Source: an uncultured archaeon
Lineage (GTDB): Archaea; Asgardarchaeota; Thorarchaeia; Thorarchaeales; Thorarchaeaceae
DNA length: 64,000 nucleotides
Reading direction: 5' to 3'
Assembly: GCA_964458565.1 (NCBI GenBank)
Contig: CAYWJO010000007.1
Span: forward strand, 46,470 to 110,469
In this document: one piece after another, positions 48,814 through 57,777 of the stretch
Layout of the letters: the number at the start of each line of letters is the position of its first letter
Numbering within the stretch: the first letter of the stretch is position 1
The notes under the pieces: model-generated
Told to the model about the DNA's origin: nothing
The model's input: only the letters and a program-made list of their open reading frames with translations
Databases searched by the model: none
Translations under genes and position numbers: made by a program

Positions 48814-50988
48814 TTACAGGCTGATACTTTTGAGAAATTGTTTTGTTTCATTTTTCCCAATTATGATTGATAGCCCTTTGCCGGTATCTTCTCTTACCTT
48901 GGTAAACATCATTGGGTCAGACCTAGACAAAATCTCCAAACCACTTTTCATTACTTCAGCATACCTTTCTTTTCCTTCCAGATTTCCTTTCTTATCGAGA
49001 ATTGTAACCGTTCTTGCCACCTTTCGAAGAACTCTTGCTAGTGACTTAGTATCAACATCCTCTTGAGCTATCATCTCTTCTAGTTTATCGATATTGCTTA
49101 CTTTATCGTTCTCTCCACCAATACGACCCTCAATGAACTTTGATATCATTGGTCTTATTGAATCAGTAGTCATTTTCGAAAAATCCTGTGGAATATTTCC
49201 AAGAGTAGCTTCTAGATCTTTGATGACATCTTCGCCAACAGCTTCTTTTACCTTATCTCTGATTAGCTGTCCTATCGCGCCAGGAATCGATTTTTCCTCT
49301 TTTAACTCGTGTTTTGGCTCAGAAACACTAATCTCTGGTTTCACATCTTGTTTGGGTACTTCAGTAATAGGGCCTGTAATGGCGAACAATCCTTGACTTA
49401 ATGGACTTTCAATATGTTCACTAGCCAATTGCAGTACCATTTCATCAATCTCTCCAACTCCGAAATTCTTGGCAGCAAAATACGAATACGCAAGAAGTGG
49501 TTCAAGCCCTCCCGAATTATCTACTTGATACTCTTCCTTGACATGGTCCCATCCCTCTTTCAATGCTTGTTTCTCTAATTTTTTCCTTCCTGCTACTCCC
49601 ATTTCCTGCGCAATCATTCTAATATCTCCCACAATAGGATGACTGACTCCACCTCTCAAGACATCTGCAAGAGTATCATGCATAAACTTCAGTGAAAAGA
49701 ATCTTGGGTCTCTGGAGAGATATTGCTTAATTGCATTGAATGGTCCTGGACCATCTGATTGGTGCTTACTAATGAAAAACATTTGATTGAGATGTACTTC
49801 ATGTGTTTCATAATTTGGCATATCCGCGAGACAGAGTAAAGCTTTGATTACAGGAAGTGCCCCGTCTCTTGGTGTATATATTGTCCCTCTTAAATCAAAT
49901 AACACACGTGCAAGGATGTCTGCAACATAATTGGTCATTCCCTTGGGTGCTCGTGATGCTCTATCTGCAATGAGCTTTGTAAGCTTTCCAGTTCTGTAGT
50001 CTACTCCAATTTCCTCAGTAATATACCTGACATAAATCGGACTTCCTTGTGCGTTGCTCACAATGACATCAATTGCATCATTGTCAAATTCCACATTCTG
50101 ACTTGAAAGATGATTAATCGTAATCTCTTTCATAATCTTGTCAGCAAGGTTTGGTAAAGAAATGGTCTTGAATTTCTCGCGTATTTCAAGAGGTAGTCTT
50201 GACCAATCTTGTTCACGTGCTGTAGTTACAACTCCCTTGACATCTCTCTGTGCGATTGTTTTTGCAAGTTTTCTTGTTTCGGGTAAATCGTCCGTGAATA
50301 GAATTATTCCATTCTTCTCATGTTCTCTTGAGATATCAGCAGTATCCCATACCAATGCAGTATCCGTATCTTTATTGAGCTGGTTCCAAATTGCATACAT
50401 AATAGTTGTCTTACCTGAACCTGGTGCACCCAAAATCACTACATTCTCTTCATTTCTGATGTTCTTTATTGCCAAATCAATTACAGATTTTCTACCCGTA
50501 TCAAGTACAATCACATCATCAAGGTAGGCTGGCAAACGCCATACATTCATGACACGTTCACGAGAGTCAGGAATCTCATAATACGAAATCATATCTCTAA
50601 TGATGCCAAGTTCTCTTGCAATAATCGAGAGGTCCGATTTCATAACGCTGACGAATTGACCTGTATCTGGACTATACACTCCCAACTGGTTCATTGCTGT
50701 TGAAACATGAGATGCAACATCCGCACCTCCCTCTCTTACAGCTTGTTTTATCGAGTCTTGAACTTCAGGCTCTTGGATTGCTTGTTTGAAGAAATCCATC
50801 AATTGATCTGGGTCTAGTTTCTCTTGGTTCTGTCTATGATCTACAATTGTGCCTGCAGCAGCAGCAAGAAGTGAACTACCGGTGACAATCAAAGTAAAGT
50901 TAGAAGCAATGGCGGTTGCTACTCCTAATGCCTTTTTAGCACGCGGATGATGGTTGAAGTAATCCCGAATAGAATCCTTTAGACCCAA
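48814..50988 (-). CDS. P-loop NTPase (AAA+/STAND-like), large
   Basis: GAPGSGKT, ILFTDD, TTAR, GSPIY; helical N- and C-terminal regions. Confidence 0.75.
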   Translation of the reverse strand: MGLKDSIRDYFNHHPRAKKALGVATAIASNFTLIVTGSSLLAAAAGTIVDHRQNQEKLDPDQLMDFFKQAIQEPEVQDSIKQAVREGGADVASHVSTAMNQLGVYSPDTGQFVSVMKSDLSIIARELGIIRDMISYYEIPDSRERVMNVWRLPAYLDDVIVLDTGRKSVIDLAIKNIRNEENVVILGAPGSGKTTIMYAIWNQLNKDTDTALVWDTADISREHEKNGIILFTDDLPETRKLAKTIAQRDVKGVVTTAREQDWSRLPLEIREKFKTISLPNLADKIMKEITINHLSSQNVEFDNDAIDVIVSNAQGSPIYVRYITEEIGVDYRTGKLTKLIADRASRAPKGMTNYVADILARVLFDLRGTIYTPRDGALPVIKALLCLADMPNYETHEVHLNQMFFISKHQSDGPGPFNAIKQYLSRDPRFFSLKFMHDTLADVLRGGVSHPIVGDIRMIAQEMGVAGRKKLEKQALKEGWDHVKEEYQVDNSGGLEPLLAYSYFAAKNFGVGEIDEMVLQLASEHIESPLSQGLFAITGPITEVPKQDVKPEISVSEPKHELKEEKSIPGAIGQLIRDKVKEAVGEDVIKDLEATLGNIPQDFSKMTTDSIRPMISKFIEGRIGGENDKVSNIDKLEEMIAQEDVDTKSLARVLRKVARTVTILDKKGNLEGKERYAEVMKSGLEILSRSDPMMFTKVREDTGKGLSIIIGKNETKQFLKSISL

Positions 50989-51096
50989 GATAATCAGCTC
51001 TTAGATATTATTGTGGTTAAATAGTGTTAATGAGCTTGTTGGAGTATCTGGTCACTTCGAAAGCCTCTTGTATTAGCACGTGCTGTCAAGACTACC

Positions 51097-52125
51097 ATGT
51101 CAAAGTTTGATTTGATTAGAGAAACGTTCATCGGAAATCTAGATGAACGATTACCAATTTCTGTATGGATGCATCATCCTGAAAAAGACCGCACAGCAGA
51201 AGGACTTGCTAAGGCTGAGATTGATTTTCACAAGAAATTCGATCACGATTTGCTGAAGATATCATTTCATGGACGGTACCCCGTTGTGGATTGGGGTTGT
51301 GTTGCCATATATGATGGCGCAAATTCGGGCTCCTCGACTTGTGAACAATGTGCAATTACATCTGCAAGTGACTGGGAAACCCTTGAACCATTAGATGTCA
51401 ATGCAGGTGAATTTGGGGAACAATTACGTGCTGTCAATTTAATTAAGAATTATTCTCAGGACAAAGCTCCCATTATGGCTACAATTTTTGATGCTCCCAT
51501 GATTGCAGACAAGCTTTGTGAACGAGATTTCATTGAATATATAGAATCTGAACCACAGATCATGAAGAGCGTTCTAGAAATGATTACCAATGTCATGATA
51601 GATTTTGGAAGAGCGGCAATTGAAGCTGGCTCAGATGGTCTATTCATTGCTTCACAACATTCCACATTCTCATCAGTGACTGATAATCAGTACAAGGAAT
51701 TCGTTTTACCATACGACCTAAAGCTGTTATCTAGACTTCGGGGAAAGGCCAAGTTCATTGTAATGCACCTACACGCAAAAGACGACAATGAAGAAATTCG
51801 CTTCGATAAGATTGCATCCACTTCTGGACTTGATGCAATTAATTGGGAAGATCAGAGTTCCTCGTTATCCCTCAAAGATGGCAAGAAACGATCCAAAAAG
51901 ACTGTTTTAGGTGGCATCGACCATAATGATATTTTCAGAACCGGTTCTCCTGATGAAGCAAGAGACCAGGTCTTTGATGCAGTTAAAGCAGCTGGATTGA
52001 AGAAACTCATTGTGGCACCGGGCTGTGTAGTTACTCAAGACACTCCTATAGAGAACATTGAAAAAGTAGTCGAATCTGTAAAAGCTATTCGACCTTGGCA
52101 GAAGGAGTGGGAGGAATACACTTGA
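51097..52125 (+). CDS. Uroporphyrinogen decarboxylase (UroD/MtaA-CmuA) family protein
   Basis: VWMH, MHLH, INW, GGID, IVAPGC. Confidence 0.85.
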   Translation: MSKFDLIRETFIGNLDERLPISVWMHHPEKDRTAEGLAKAEIDFHKKFDHDLLKISFHGRYPVVDWGCVAIYDGANSGSSTCEQCAITSASDWETLEPLDVNAGEFGEQLRAVNLIKNYSQDKAPIMATIFDAPMIADKLCERDFIEYIESEPQIMKSVLEMITNVMIDFGRAAIEAGSDGLFIASQHSTFSSVTDNQYKEFVLPYDLKLLSRLRGKAKFIVMHLHAKDDNEEIRFDKIASTSGLDAINWEDQSSSLSLKDGKKRSKKTVLGGIDHNDIFRTGSPDEARDQVFDAVKAAGLKKLIVAPGCVVTQDTPIENIEKVVESVKAIRPWQKEWEEYT

Positions 52126-53834
52126 AAAACAGACAGGTCTCACAAGCACTGAAAGAACTCGCTCTATTAATTCAAATTGAAGGTACAGAAGAATACAAAG
52201 CTAGAGCGTATTTTAGAGCTGTGCGATCTGTCGGTTCTTACGGTGAAGATATCGAGGCTGTTGCAAGACATGGTGAACTAACGAATATCCCTGGAGTAGG
52301 TAAAGCAATCGCGGAAAAAATCGAAGCCTTCTTGGCTTCTGGATCAATTCCGCTTCTTGATGAACTCCGGAAAAAAGTACCTGTAAAAGTAATGGAGCTT
52401 GAAGCGATTCCAGGAGTAGGTCCCAAGACTATCAAATTGATTTATGAAAAATTGGGCGTGACAGACCTTGTATCATTAGAAAAGGCTGCTCAAGATGGAC
52501 TATTGGAAGATTTACCCGGAATGGGGACAAAGACACAGCTTCAGATCATTGAAGGTATCGAACTTCTCAAAGCAGGACTTGGTCGTACCCTTCTCGCTGA
52601 TGCTATGGAAATAGCTGAAAGTCTGAGAAAAAGAATTGAAGCGCATCCAACTGTAAATCAAATAGTAATTACTGGTTCATTTCGCAGAAGACGTGAAACA
52701 GTTAGAGACATAGACATTCTTGTTGATGCACCAGATGCTGTATCCGTAATGGAGGCTTTTACTAATTTTGAGGGTGTTATTGAAATCATTGGCAAGGGTG
52801 ATACTAAATCGTCAATACGTCTTGAGAATCTCATGCAGGTTGACCTTCGGATAATTCCAACCGAGAGTTTTGGGGCGGGAATGCAATACTTCACCGGTAG
52901 TGTTGATCATAATGTTCATCTTCGGGGTATTGCTCGCCAAAAAGGATTGAAGCTGAATGAGTATGGTCTCTATAAAGATGAAACGAAAATTGCAGGTGAA
53001 AACGAAGAACAAATTTACGAAAAACTCGGTCTAAAGTGGATTTTCCCTGAATTGCGAGAGGATCGTGGAGAGATAGAGGCTGCACAAAATGGTACGTTAC
53101 CTAACCTGATTTCACTTGATGATATCAAGGGCGATTTACATAGCCACACTGACCAATCAGATGGCACCAATACCATCGAAGAGATGCTTGGTGCGGCTGC
53201 TGAAAAGGGGTATGAGTATTTTTGCGTGTCAGACCATACACAGAGCCTCACAATTGCAAACGGAATGGATGAAACACGACTTCTGAGAAGAATTGATGAG
53301 ATTGATGACCTGAATGCTGCAGGTCGCTGGAAAATGAAAATACTCAAGGGGGCTGAAGTTGACATTCTTGCTGATGGAGATCTTGATATCAGAGATGATG
53401 TACTCAGTCAGCTTGATTTTGTTACAGTTTCTATCCACAGTCGAATGAAGGACGATAAGAAAAAGATGACAGGGCGTGTCTGTCATGCTTTAGAGAACAA
53501 GTATGTCCACCTACTAGGTCATCCCACTGGGAGACTTCTCCTCAAGAGACCGGAATTCGAGATTGACTTAGAAGCGGTTTTTGAAACAGCTAAGAAAAAC
53601 AATGTGGCCATGGAGTTGAATGCACATCCCAAGCGCCTTGATCTAAATTCAGGTAATCTGCGTGCAGCAACAAGGCTTGGCATCAAGATATCAATCAACA
53701 CAGATGCACACCGAATAGCTGAGTTAGACAATATGCAATTCGGAATCTATGAAGCGCGTCGTGGATGGTTAGAGAAGTTTCATGTGTTGAATACTTATTC
53801 ATTGAAAGATCTTCAACGCCTTCTCAAGAAGTAG
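52122..53834 (+). CDS. polX: DNA polymerase X with PHP domain
   Basis: HhH IPGVG, GSFRRRRETVRDIDIL, YFTGS, DLHSHT..SDG, HPTGR, NTDAH; TTGA overlap with the upstream gene. Confidence 0.95.
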   Translation: MKNRQVSQALKELALLIQIEGTEEYKARAYFRAVRSVGSYGEDIEAVARHGELTNIPGVGKAIAEKIEAFLASGSIPLLDELRKKVPVKVMELEAIPGVGPKTIKLIYEKLGVTDLVSLEKAAQDGLLEDLPGMGTKTQLQIIEGIELLKAGLGRTLLADAMEIAESLRKRIEAHPTVNQIVITGSFRRRRETVRDIDILVDAPDAVSVMEAFTNFEGVIEIIGKGDTKSSIRLENLMQVDLRIIPTESFGAGMQYFTGSVDHNVHLRGIARQKGLKLNEYGLYKDETKIAGENEEQIYEKLGLKWIFPELREDRGEIEAAQNGTLPNLISLDDIKGDLHSHTDQSDGTNTIEEMLGAAAEKGYEYFCVSDHTQSLTIANGMDETRLLRRIDEIDDLNAAGRWKMKILKGAEVDILADGDLDIRDDVLSQLDFVTVSIHSRMKDDKKKMTGRVCHALENKYVHLLGHPTGRLLLKRPEFEIDLEAVFETAKKNNVAMELNAHPKRLDLNSGNLRAATRLGIKISINTDAHRIAELDNMQFGIYEARRGWLEKFHVLNTYSLKDLQRLLKK

Positions 53835-53941
53835 ATTTGGCTCTTTTTTTAGGACCTTATTAGCAATCATGTAGACGATACGAGACGGAAACAGAGAGAG
53901 GTGCAATTCATGGAAAATCAGCCAAAATAGCTATGAAACTA

Positions 53942-53995
53942 GTCACAATTTGTGACCCTCAAGAGTGACCCTAAACTGTGGCTTCGCTATATATA
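53942..53995 (+). promoter_or_regulatory. Palindromic site plus TATA box upstream of the microprotein operon
   Basis: GTCACAA-T-TTGTGAC (53942-53956), GTGACCCT direct repeat, TATATATA at 53988-53995. Confidence 0.5.
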
Positions 53996-54027
53996 CTAAA
54001 TCTGAGTAGTAATTCTTGTGAAATATA

Positions 54028-54138
54028 ATGGCTCTGACGACTAATTCCCGGAACAAATCTGTGCTGAAGAACAAGAGAATCACAAGAGCTCCATCAACGG
54101 ATGCTATTGTGTTCGCCTACATGATTGCTCGGAGGTGA
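54028..54138 (+). CDS. 36-aa microprotein MALTTNSRNKSVLKNKRITRAPSTDAIVFAYMIARR
   Basis: ATG about 32 nt after the TATA box; paralogous to the next ORF. Confidence 0.65.
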   Translation: MALTTNSRNKSVLKNKRITRAPSTDAIVFAYMIARR

Positions 54139-54146
54139 TACCTACA

Positions 54147-54242
54147 ATGGCGATTGCTAAGAATGAGAAAACATCAAACACCAAGTACAAGGCTCGAATC
54201 ACAACCGAGGCTATCACACATGCCTACACTTATCGGAGGTAG
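54147..54242 (+). CDS. 31-aa microprotein MAIAKNEKTSNTKYKARITTEAITHAYTYRR
   Basis: Perfect GGAGGTGA RBS 8 nt upstream; shares T[DE]AIxxAY..RR with the preceding ORF. Confidence 0.7.
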   Translation: MAIAKNEKTSNTKYKARITTEAITHAYTYRR

Positions 54243-54248
54243 AATTCT

Positions 54249-54368
54249 GTGAATACCGACGTTCGTGACTCGTCAAGCATCCATCTCGATTCGGATGCAT
54301 CCGAAAAGAACACCAGAGAGAGTGGCGCACTAACTCTGGCTGAAGTGCTCGCGTTAGAAGCTACGTGA
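54249..54368 (+). CDS. 39-aa acidic microprotein MNTDVRDSSSIHLDSDASEKNTRESGALTLAEVLALEAT
   Basis: GTG start with GGAGGT RBS; T7 tract at 54378-54384 after the stop. Confidence 0.55.
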   Translation: MNTDVRDSSSIHLDSDASEKNTRESGALTLAEVLALEAT

Positions 54369-54702
54369 GCACATGACTTTTTTTGCACCAGCATCTTAAT
54401 TCAGTTTCATTATCAATTCGGAACCATCAAGTTCTAACCTTCACGCTTATCTTCTGCTTTTCTGAGCCTATCAATAACATCAACTATGTTCTGTGAGCCC
54501 TCTAAGAAATCCAAGAAATCGAGTACTCTTGGCATGAAATCAAGAAAGCAGCAGTCTTTTCTGAATAATCCTGAATTTTCACAAATATCTCCTATTCATT
54601 TGCACTCGTGATACCCTTTGTATCTAAGCTTGTAGGGATTATCGAAAATATATTTTGTTAAGGATAGAATCAGAAGTCATGAAAGCGTGACAACGGATCA
54701 GT

Positions 54703-54999
54703 CTAATGTTTCAATAGTTCTTTTGCGAGATTTTGCACTTGTTCTAATACTTTCATTATTCTGGGATTTTTGATACTATACATTTTCCGAGTTCCGTCTT
54801 TTCTGACATGCAATATTCCAGCTTTTACCATCTGAGTCAGATACGACGAAATTGTGGATTGTGCTAAACCAATCTTGGGAAATATTTCACATTGACATTT
54901 CTCTCCATCTAAAAGAAAATCAACAATTTCCAATCGTATCGGGTTGCCAAGTGCCTTGTGAAATTCAACCCGCCATATTATCCCATTATCATTACCCAT
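54703..54999 (-). CDS. arsR: ArsR/SmtB family regulator
   Basis: KALGNPIRLEI...EKCQCEI...QSTISSYL...G. Confidence 0.85.
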   Translation of the reverse strand: MGNDNGIIWRVEFHKALGNPIRLEIVDFLLDGEKCQCEIFPKIGLAQSTISSYLTQMVKAGILHVRKDGTRKMYSIKNPRIMKVLEQVQNLAKELLKH

Positions 55000-55011
55000 T
55001 CAACAACTCCC

Positions 55012-56115
55012 TCACATAGGTTCTCCTTTCCAGAACTTCTTTTTTCGCAGATATTTTCCGAGATAGACAATACCAAGCATCACTGGAACTTCCCAAAATA
55101 GACCCATCGTGGTGCCAAGAGCAGCAATAGACCCCACTCCATATATGGCAATTGCTGTAGCAATTGCGATTTCAAAGTGGCTTGAAGAACCGATGATTAC
55201 AGTGATGATTCCTTCTCTGTATGCGAGTTTTACTATTCTTGTTATGAATAAATTGAAACCAACGACCATTGCGAATCCGATTAGGAGAGGTACTGATACT
55301 AATACTAGAAGATCAGGGTGTTCTAGCATCTCTTTGCCATTCAGCGAGAAAAGAACTATCAATGTTGACAATAAAGCCGCTAATGCAGCCTTTCCAACTG
55401 CAGGTCGATACCTATTCTCAAACCACTCAGAACCTTTCCAGTTAACTAGCGATCTCCTACTAATCAATCCCAAAACAAGTGGCGCTCCGATAAATACCAA
55501 TACAGTTACCAACAAAATCAAACGATCGATAGGGATATTCGAGATTCCCGTGAGAAGAGCAACTATTGGTGCATAGAGTATAATTATGGTGGCAGTGTTT
55601 AGACTGGTATTAACGACATTTTGTTCTTGATTTCCATCTGCAAGGTATCCCCATACAAGGACCATTGCAGTGCATGGACTTGAAGATAAAAGGATTATAG
55701 CTACAATCAACTGCTCGTTACCAATAAGAAAGTAATTTGCTAGGCCAAAACCAACGAGTGGCGCGATAATCCAATTTGAGAATAATGTTAGGATAATCGG
55801 TTTCGGGTTTTTTCTTAATTTTTTTAATTCTGATGCTTGTATATTCAGCATTGCAGGATACATCATAAGGAACAAACAAATTCCAATAGGAACTGATATT
55901 CCTCCAACTTGCCAAGAATCAATTACTTCACCTATCCCTGGTATAGTTAGTGATAGAACTACACCGATAACCATACAGATTCCAACCCACAATGGTAGGT
56001 ATCTCTCAAAGGTACCAAGGCCTTCCCTAGATTCCGAATCTTCGTGTTTATCTACAACTTCATTCTGTTTCTGTGAGTCCGGATTGAATCCATCATTACC
56101 TGACATCAGTTCCAT
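55012..56115 (-). CDS. acr3: ACR3-family arsenite efflux transporter
   Basis: FERYL.LW, LMMYP, NW.IAP, PCTAMVLVW, SSHFEIAIA.AI, EVPVML. Confidence 0.93.
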   Translation of the reverse strand: MELMSGNDGFNPDSQKQNEVVDKHEDSESREGLGTFERYLPLWVGICMVIGVVLSLTIPGIGEVIDSWQVGGISVPIGICLFLMMYPAMLNIQASELKKLRKNPKPIILTLFSNWIIAPLVGFGLANYFLIGNEQLIVAIILLSSSPCTAMVLVWGYLADGNQEQNVVNTSLNTATIIILYAPIVALLTGISNIPIDRLILLVTVLVFIGAPLVLGLISRRSLVNWKGSEWFENRYRPAVGKAALAALLSTLIVLFSLNGKEMLEHPDLLVLVSVPLLIGFAMVVGFNLFITRIVKLAYREGIITVIIGSSSHFEIAIATAIAIYGVGSIAALGTTMGLFWEVPVMLGIVYLGKYLRKKKFWKGEPM

Positions 56116-56165
56116 CTCCTGAACAGTTCGAAATGAAATGAGGTGAGTCTGTCCTACTTAATAAA

Positions 56166-56193
56166 TCATCGATATATCTCGATAATTCGATGA
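56166..56193. promoter_or_regulatory. Inverted repeat upstream of acr3 (candidate ArsR operator)
   Basis: TCATCGA...TCGATGA with internal ATCGA/TCGAT. Confidence 0.45.
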
Positions 56194-56242
56194 ATTACAG
56201 AGAAGTATCGTTTAATAAAATCACATGAGTTTCAGAATGAAA

Positions 56243-56390
56243 TGGTGCCGAGAATGGGATTTGTACCAGCCATACGCAGGGTATGGCAGTTTGAACCCAT
56301 GAACCCCTACGAGAGTGGATATCACCTCGAGTCAAGCGATGCTTAATAGATCTTGAGTCCACCGCCTTTGACCAGCTTGGCTATCTCGGC
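56243..56390 (-). tRNA. tRNA-Leu(CAA) with two introns (anticodon loop ~56321-56351; T-loop ~58/59, 56261-56290), CCA encoded
   Basis: GCCGAGA/TCTCGGC acceptor stem, GTGGA-CT-CAA-GA-TCCAC anticodon arm, long variable arm, ATGGG-TTCAAAT-CCCAT T arm after splicing. Confidence 0.88.
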
Positions 56391-56572
56391 TTATTCTCTA
56401 AAGAAATCATATCAGTATATAGTCGTTTTGGAGTCCATCACCATGATGATGTATGATTTTTATAGTTTAATGATTGAACCTTTTATATAAATGAACTCAG
56501 TAGTTTATACAATTATGACCGAAGGGATTTAATCTGAAAATATATGCAACGAAACGATTAGTCCTTGCATCT

Positions 56573-56902
56573 GTGTTATCATTGATTATATCTCTATCAT
56601 TGTTACTCTCCGTAGTGTATTATCACGATAATCCAACAGAAATCACATCAATCAAAGACATCAACCAGAATCTGATACCCATTGGCACAAATGTGACTGT
56701 GAAGGGAAAGATAATTCAAATCATGTACTTATGGATGGGAATACAACGAGTTACTATAACGGATGGAAGTGGAAATCTCACATTTTCTTTGAGTCAACCT
56801 CACCTTGATTCTAGTTGGACTATCATTGTAGGTGGGATTGTGAATTCCAATACATCAATACATTCTGTGAGTTATGTTGAGAGAGTGCTGCTTTTCGCCT
56901 GA
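56573..56902 (+). CDS. Membrane-anchored OB-fold small protein
   Basis: TM followed by ITSIKDI...GTNVTVKG...ITDGSG; start uncertain. Confidence 0.55.
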   Translation: MLSLIISLSLLLSVVYYHDNPTEITSIKDINQNLIPIGTNVTVKGKIIQIMYLWMGIQRVTITDGSGNLTFSLSQPHLDSSWTIIVGGIVNSNTSIHSVSYVERVLLFA

Positions 56903-56992
56903 TATATGAATCTCATTTAATAACTAATAAGCAATACAAAACTGATTATTCCATTTTCCTTCTTTATCTGTTTTGGAACTCATAACATTCCT

Positions 56993-57703
56993 TTAGAGTG
57001 ATATTTTCATAACTTCAAACTGTTTTGGAATGACAACCTTTGTTTTAGGTTTCTTCTCTTCTATAAGCTTTTGAAACTCCACCATTTGTTTCTCTTTTCC
57101 CTGCATTGGGATGACAACTTTAGGGTTCAACCACTTTACCATAGCCAGAGCTACCTCAGGTGAGCAAGTTGGTGAGGGAGATTCTACAGGAAGAAATGCA
57201 ACATCGACCTTTTGACTTCCTATAGCCATATACCCTGAGTCGCCACCATGAAAAATGCTTAACTCTCTCCAATCTATTTTGAAGACTGTTATTGGCCGCG
57301 GGTGTACTCCCATTATTGCGGTTATTTCAGTGTCATCGAATTTGAACAATTTTCGTCGTGTCTTGCCTGAATCCCCAATTACCAATCGATTCTTTGATAT
57401 GGCTCTTTCAAGTTCATCAACAACTTGGGGTTCTACAATTACTAATGCATCTGTACATTCAACTATCTTCATGATATTCTTTTTACTGAAATGATCAGAA
57501 TGTGAATGTGTTATGAGTAAGAAATCCAAACTTTTAATTTCAGAAATTGCATCAGATTCAAACTCATCACCTAAATCTATAGCGAAAGAACCATATCTAC
57601 TGCGTACTATAACTGCTGAATAATCGAAGTAGACGAATGCAATTTCTCTCTCTTCTAATGATTCTGCATAGAGCTGGTTGATGGATTCTGCAAATTGGGA
57701 CAT
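56993..57703 (-). CDS. MBL-fold metallo-hydrolase
   Basis: ITHSHSDH, H, FHGGDS, VIPM. Confidence 0.82.
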   Translation of the reverse strand: MSQFAESINQLYAESLEEREIAFVYFDYSAVIVRSRYGSFAIDLGDEFESDAISEIKSLDFLLITHSHSDHFSKKNIMKIVECTDALVIVEPQVVDELERAISKNRLVIGDSGKTRRKLFKFDDTEITAIMGVHPRPITVFKIDWRELSIFHGGDSGYMAIGSQKVDVAFLPVESPSPTCSPEVALAMVKWLNPKVVIPMQGKEKQMVEFQKLIEEKKPKTKVVIPKQFEVMKISL

Positions 57704-57777
57704 ATTGACCTCTCCTAGTGGTAAAGGTTCTCTACTCAGCAGATATCTGGTTTTATGTCGTAGTAGGACTACCTAGA

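Noticed and set aside
53910-53968. Tiny ORFs MENQPK and MKLVTICDPQE upstream of the microprotein operon
   Set aside because: Too short, upstream of the TATA box, and no similarity to the other peptides; may be chance.
54435-54600. Short minus-strand ORF fragments (VKIQDYSEKTAAF..., MPRVLDFLDFLEGSQ...)
   Set aside because: Possibly a frameshifted gene remnant, but no recognisable family.
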